From NCBI GenBank assembly GCA_038087875.1, contig CM075993.1, positions 1,116,001 through 1,180,000 on the forward strand: 64,000 bases of DNA, written 5' to 3'. The position numbers and the translations under genes are program-made. Under the pieces are notes generated by a model that worked only from the letters and a program-made list of their open reading frames with translations, ran no database searches and had not been told where the DNA came from. Source of the DNA: Malacoraja senta (lineage: Eukaryota). The stretch's first letter is position 1; the number at the start of each line of letters is the position of its first letter. This document shows positions 58,727 to 64,000 of the stretch, piece after piece.

Positions 58727-61700
58727 TACTGATTAGGGATGATCAGCCATGATCACATTGAATGGCGGTGCTGGCTCGAAGGGTCAAATGGCCTACTCCT
58801 GCACCTATTGTCTATTGTCTATTGCCATTGCTCTGAGGAAGGATCTCGATCCGAAACGTCACCCATTCCTTCTCTCCAGAGATGCTGCCTGTCCCGCTGA
58901 GTTACTCTAGCATTTTGTGTCTATCTTCCATGATCTGAGGGTCCTTCCATGAAATTAAGAGTGTCTGTGATAGAGCAATCCTGCTCTAAATGCTCCGTAC
59001 ACATCTACTGCTCCATAAAAGGGTGACAAAAATGCTGGAGAAACTCAGCGGGTGAGGCAGCATCTATGAAGCGAAGGACCATAGATGCTGCCTCATCCGC
59101 TGAGTTTCTCCAGTATTTTTGTCTACCTTTGATTTTTCCAGCATCTGCAGTTCTTTCTTAAACATACTGCTCCATAAAGGCGATTTCACTTCAAACAGAA
59201 CTTCATGATTCCCTCTTAATTACTCAGCTGTAAGACTCAGAACACACAGTCTCGACCAATATGAAATTAAATCCTGTACTTTCTTTTTGTAAAGATATTA
59301 TTTTAATAAATTATAAATCTTTTTTCACACCCACTCAAATTCAATACACTTAAATTATATGAATGATTTGAACAAAGGACGAGCAGCTGCTATGAAACAA
59401 TGCAAAGGTTATCTATCATGTGTGATATGTGAAAGAAGACAGCTAGTGCCCATGGAAGCCTGAGGGTGGCAGTGTGTCATTAGTATTGGCTTGTGACCGG
59501 TCTCACTGCACACTTGTCTATGCAGCAATCAGCAGATCCAAATTCACAGAGGGGAGATCAGATTGTTCTTCTTCAAATAAAGATCCAGGTTTTGACTTCA
59601 AAGGAAATGTTACCCCCAAAACTGAGCTGTATATAATTGCTGTGATTGATTTAAAAAACCCAAATCATATTCATACAAAATTGAAATTAAACCTCAATGT
59701 TATCACTTTTGAATCACTAACAAGCACGTTTTCTCCTTTATCTGAAACTATTTCACAAAACATACCCCGTCAAGAACCTAAAAATCAGGGCAGATGCGAC
59801 AGTGGCATAAAAATGAAGAGACTTTTGCATAGGCACATAGATATGCAGGGAATAGAGGGATATTGATTATGTACAGGCAGATAAGAGTTGGTCTTGGAAT
59901 CATGTTCGGCACAGACATTGTGGGCCGGAGGGGCTGTTCCCGTGTTGTGCTGTTCGATGTTCCACGTTCAAGAGGCAGCATGGTTTACACATAATTCTCG
60001 AGTTAACTTTATTTAATTTTAAAGACAATGCGGGAATATGCCTCTTGCAAAAATCTGCACCATTGTACAGACATACTGCTTTGTTCATAAGGTACACCCC
60101 CATCTTGCACTGTACTCCACCACAATCTGCTACAAAATACGTCCTCTACATTCTAACACATAACCAAAGCAAAGCCAATCTTTTGGGAGGGGAGCTTAAG
60201 ACAGGATGGGGAAATAAATTATTGGCAGAACAATGTGTCTGTGCAAGTGACATTCAGCCAAGCCTCTCTTAACTCTTGTCACAAAGGATGTCAGATTTAC
60301 CCAATTACCTCTGTAGCTTCAACTGTACCACTCTATAAACATTAAACATACTTCTTTGAGGTCACCTTAAATAATATTTCAAGGATATGAGATCCGCAAA
60401 TCCTCTCTGCTCAAACTCTGTGAAGACATTCTTTTGTCAGACCTTTTGAACCATTTGGAAAATGTGGGATTTTATTACCCCTCATCCACATTTGTAAGAG
60501 GGCATTATTCAGCCTTGTCACGGGAATTGTAATAAAATTTAACAAACGGTGGGAAACATTCAGGGGTACAACTATAAATACTGACACTCCTGTCTGTGAT
60601 CATGTCTGGAGAAAGCTTCCAGCTACGTAACGTCGGATCAATCAGTAGAGACTTACTATCCATGATGATGAATTAAGAATGTCAGGATAAAAAACCTATA
60701 AAGTTCAAGTACCTTAATTGAGTCATACTTTAAAAAAATCCCCTAAGTTATATCAGTAATAGTGTAGAAAGTGTGTTGAACCAATCCTCTGCACTTCATT
60801 GATTTTACCCAATGAAGCTGTGATTACCACCAAAGACATACTGCAGTTTCCTTCACCAAGTGAACTCTAAGCTTGTGCGTAACTTGGAACTTTACTTCAA
60901 TGGTCAATAATTTGCCTTGTCTTCTCCGCACCAAGCATCTAATGAACTGACTGACAACCAAACAGCTGAACAATGTAGTTTTAATAAGATCTCATCGCTT
61001 ATACCAGGAAGAGCTTTACTTTAGATCTGATTATGAGCTGCTATTAGAAAGTAAACTGAAGTGGAGAAGGAAGAGGCTGCAAATGCTGGAATCTTGCAGT
61101 CTGTTTTTTTGCTTATAATATTCTTTTCCAGCACAATTTCCAAGTGGGTACAAAGTGGCCAGTTTGGAATCCATCAGGCTGAAAGAGCATTACAATTCAA
61201 CTTTAGCAATCCATGCAGCATCAATACCTGACTCCATCTTACAGATTGCCACATACAAGGCAACAAAACAATGTTAGCTTTCTCTTTCCACAGATGAGGC
61301 CTGTAACAAGCACTGTAAAGTGGGATGAAAATGTGCTTCATCGATAGTGCCATGGATGAGAGAGTTGGGGATGGGGAGTCAGACACTGGTGGCAGCATAC
61401 CTTCCTGAATGAATCTAGTACCATATAAAATACGGCCCTTAGTCCACACATGACATACCTTGTCAGAAATTGTTTGATAATCTTTGGGTATGAAATTGCA
61501 ACCATAATGAAAAACATCCACAAGAGATACAACATATAAAATATTCATATTAACCAACATTGACACTTCACTCTTATTAAAAAGTTGAAATTAAAATTTT
61601 CAGCCCTTTTTTTTTGCAAAGTCAACACCAAAATTGCCAGTGAAAGGAAATAAAGAGATGGTAGCTACCCCACATGCTGTTAATAAAACTCAGACATTAG

Positions 61701-63095
61701 AATATAAATAGATTTTAGGTGTTACGTGTGAAAGAGACAAAGTAGATGTGTAAGTGCAACCCAAGCAGTGTGATTAGTTGAGCTGTGACATGCGGTAATT
61801 TGGTAAATAAAATCGACCAGGTGAATACTGTGATGGGCAATATCCAGGGAAGTAGTAAGTGCTAGTGAGGAAGATTGCCTTAGTAATGGAATGGCCCACA
61901 TCCAGTTCAAGAACAGCGTGATTATATCTTCTAGAGTTGAGCTGGGATTTCCAATGCAAGAGTTATCTAAGTACCAAATACATGACTATTTTAAAAGGAA
62001 ACACTCAATCAGATTCAAAAGAACATTACTCAATATATCCTTTGCTTTGTGGGATATCTTCAATATTCATCTCATATCTCCTTTTCCTAAAAATGTTGAA
62101 TCTTGTTGGGATGGGTTCTTTGGATGGCTGCAGTAGTTTCTTGTGAATTTGGTTCTGCCGCAGTTAACCAAAGGCATCGCTTCAATTGAGTTTATTTAGG
62201 TTGAAAAGCTACAACAACCAGCGTCATTAGTTGTGGAACTAATGACACAAAGTGAATGATTCAAGAGATGAGTGCTTCAATAGGAAGCACATGAATATTG
62301 TTACGCAAGTTCTGCATGTCGAGTTGGTGAAATTTACCAAATACAAAATATATAAATTCTCAGGCAAGAGACCAAATGTGAGTAATAATGTTCCTTGTCT
62401 TAACGACTACCAACACAATTTTTTGTGAAGGTTCAGAAACTAGCATAACACATCATAATCTGTGGAAATGTAAACTAAAAAATCTCCAGTTGCTGCAAAT
62501 CTGAAATAAAAGCAGAAAGTGCTGTAAATACTCAGATATAATAGGTTATTAACCTGAATTGGTAGCAATTATTAACTCTAACAATGTTTCTATTTTACAA
62601 AAGCTACCTGCTGAGTATTTCCAGTACTTTATGTTTTTATGTAGATTCTGCAGAGAATCCAACTTGGTAATTTGGTTCATGAAGTCAGGGATCTGGTAGT
62701 AAAATCTGCACTTCATTATTAAAAATAAATCCTATGCAATACATATAATGTGGGCTGTGCGTATTATACCTTGGTCTGCTGAAATTTAACAATTGGATCA
62801 TTGTTAATAATCCAAGTAAAATTGCGCCCAACAAACAAGCTGGAAAATCTTTTGGGTTCAGGGCGTCATTACCTATGTGTATAGAAATGTAACTGCAGTA
62901 CACAGAGTTAATATGACACCGTAATCCACAGGAAAGGGCATTGTGCTCAAGTATTGAGTGTTACCTTCTAAAATCAGATAGGTGAGGGAGGTTAAGCAGT
63001 TCCAGATGTCAGTATTGCTTTCTACTCCAGAGTAAGGGTCAGCAAAGAGATGCTCCAAGATTTGTCTTGCACCCAACTGGCCATAATTTATTTAC

Positions 63096-63308
63096 CATTT
63101 CTGAGTCACTGTAACAGGCCTGTCCGGCACTGTCCTTGGGCCTCAGCTCAGATCTAGGTTGGTTGGGGGAGAGAGGGGGTTCATTGGAGGGGTCATCATG
63201 CTCCTCTTCCTCAGTCTCGCCTTCCCCTTCAGCGTTAGTGCTCCTAGTCAAGAAATCAGAGCGGGTCCGCGCCATGCGGGCTCTCTTTTTGTGCACTGGT
63301 CTTGTAAC
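63096..63308 (-). CDS. MYO9A: MYO9A tail exon (213 nt, frame-preserving)
   Basis: VTRPVHKKRARMARTRSDFLTR...SDSEM; aatcag| acceptor, |gtaaat donor; phase 0/0. Confidence 0.9.
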
Positions 63309-64000
63309 CTGATTGACCGAATAACATACAAAAATCAAAAACATGTAACTCCAAATGACGCAATGGGTCGCCATGAGCCCTGAGGAAGATTACACAAAAC
63401 ACACTAATGGCAAAAGAAAAGGCAAGTTATAGTAGTGAAGATTGTAAATACTGCAAGAGGTCAAAGCCATTGAGATGCTTAACAAAAACATACAAAGAAC
63501 CTTGTGAACAGTAGGACCATATGTAGTAGCGTTAGGGCGTACAGGTCAGGGCATTTCATGTTACATGGCATAACTGCTGGATTATTGAACGTTCTCTCCT
63601 CTGGTGACCATACCGCAATTTCAGCTGAAAAGTAAAGTTAGGGCGGCTGATGGTGACTGAATTGTGTTTTGATTAAGAGCCCCCATCAATGCCCACAACA
63701 GTCAAAGACTGATAACATTCAACACTCCAATTTACTCATGAACAGCAGCTCTTTGGATTGATGCAGCAAGATTACTTTCTCCTGTAGAACCCATGTCAAT
63801 CTACCCAAAACAGTTTGCTTGTTCATGAAATAGGGGTGTGGGGGAAATAAAAATATTAAGAAATCAAATTTAAAGGTTGAATCCTTTCATGCTTATTATG
63901 AAAACTCATGGGTAAAGGATCACAAATCTCCAGTTTGAAGCTGTGATCTTGTTATGTTCCACAGCTGGGCATTGTACAAGATTAAATTTGAATAAACCTT

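Noticed and set aside
404-59164. Dispersed palindromic repeats read as a CRISPR array, REP elements or DNA-transposon MITEs
   Set aside because: The context is eukaryotic, there is no regular repeat-spacer periodicity and no cas genes, and long variable TSDs plus the GIY-YIG link indicate retroelements.

Overview
Vertebrate (not prokaryotic) genomic DNA. The repeat content points to a cartilaginous fish, probably a skate or ray; this is an inference. Two intron-containing genes lie tail-to-tail. NR2E3 (photoreceptor nuclear receptor, + strand) has exons 2-8 at 135-10375, with exon 1 upstream of the window. The 3' part of MYO9A (- strand) covers the tail, C1 zinc finger, RhoGAP domain and C-terminus, with 17 phase-consistent exons at 18764-63308, including a 54-nt cassette exon, plus a candidate 18-nt microexon. 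A 17.9-kb MYO9A interval (23707-41572) holds a cluster of young mobile elements: a complete 4.7-kb Ty3/Gypsy (Mag-like) LTR retrotransposon with identical 203-bp LTRs, a 5-bp TSD and one intact gag-pol ORF, nested in another repeat; a solo LTR; a CR1 3' fragment; and a Rex1/Babar fragment flanked by a 46-bp duplication. The most striking pattern is a family of about 20 short Penelope-derived elements. They carry a minimal hammerhead-ribozyme-like core (CTGAAGA-stem-GAAACGTC), several have 12-19 bp target-site duplications, and many form head-to-head palindromes centred on that core. All calls were made by eye; no searches were run.
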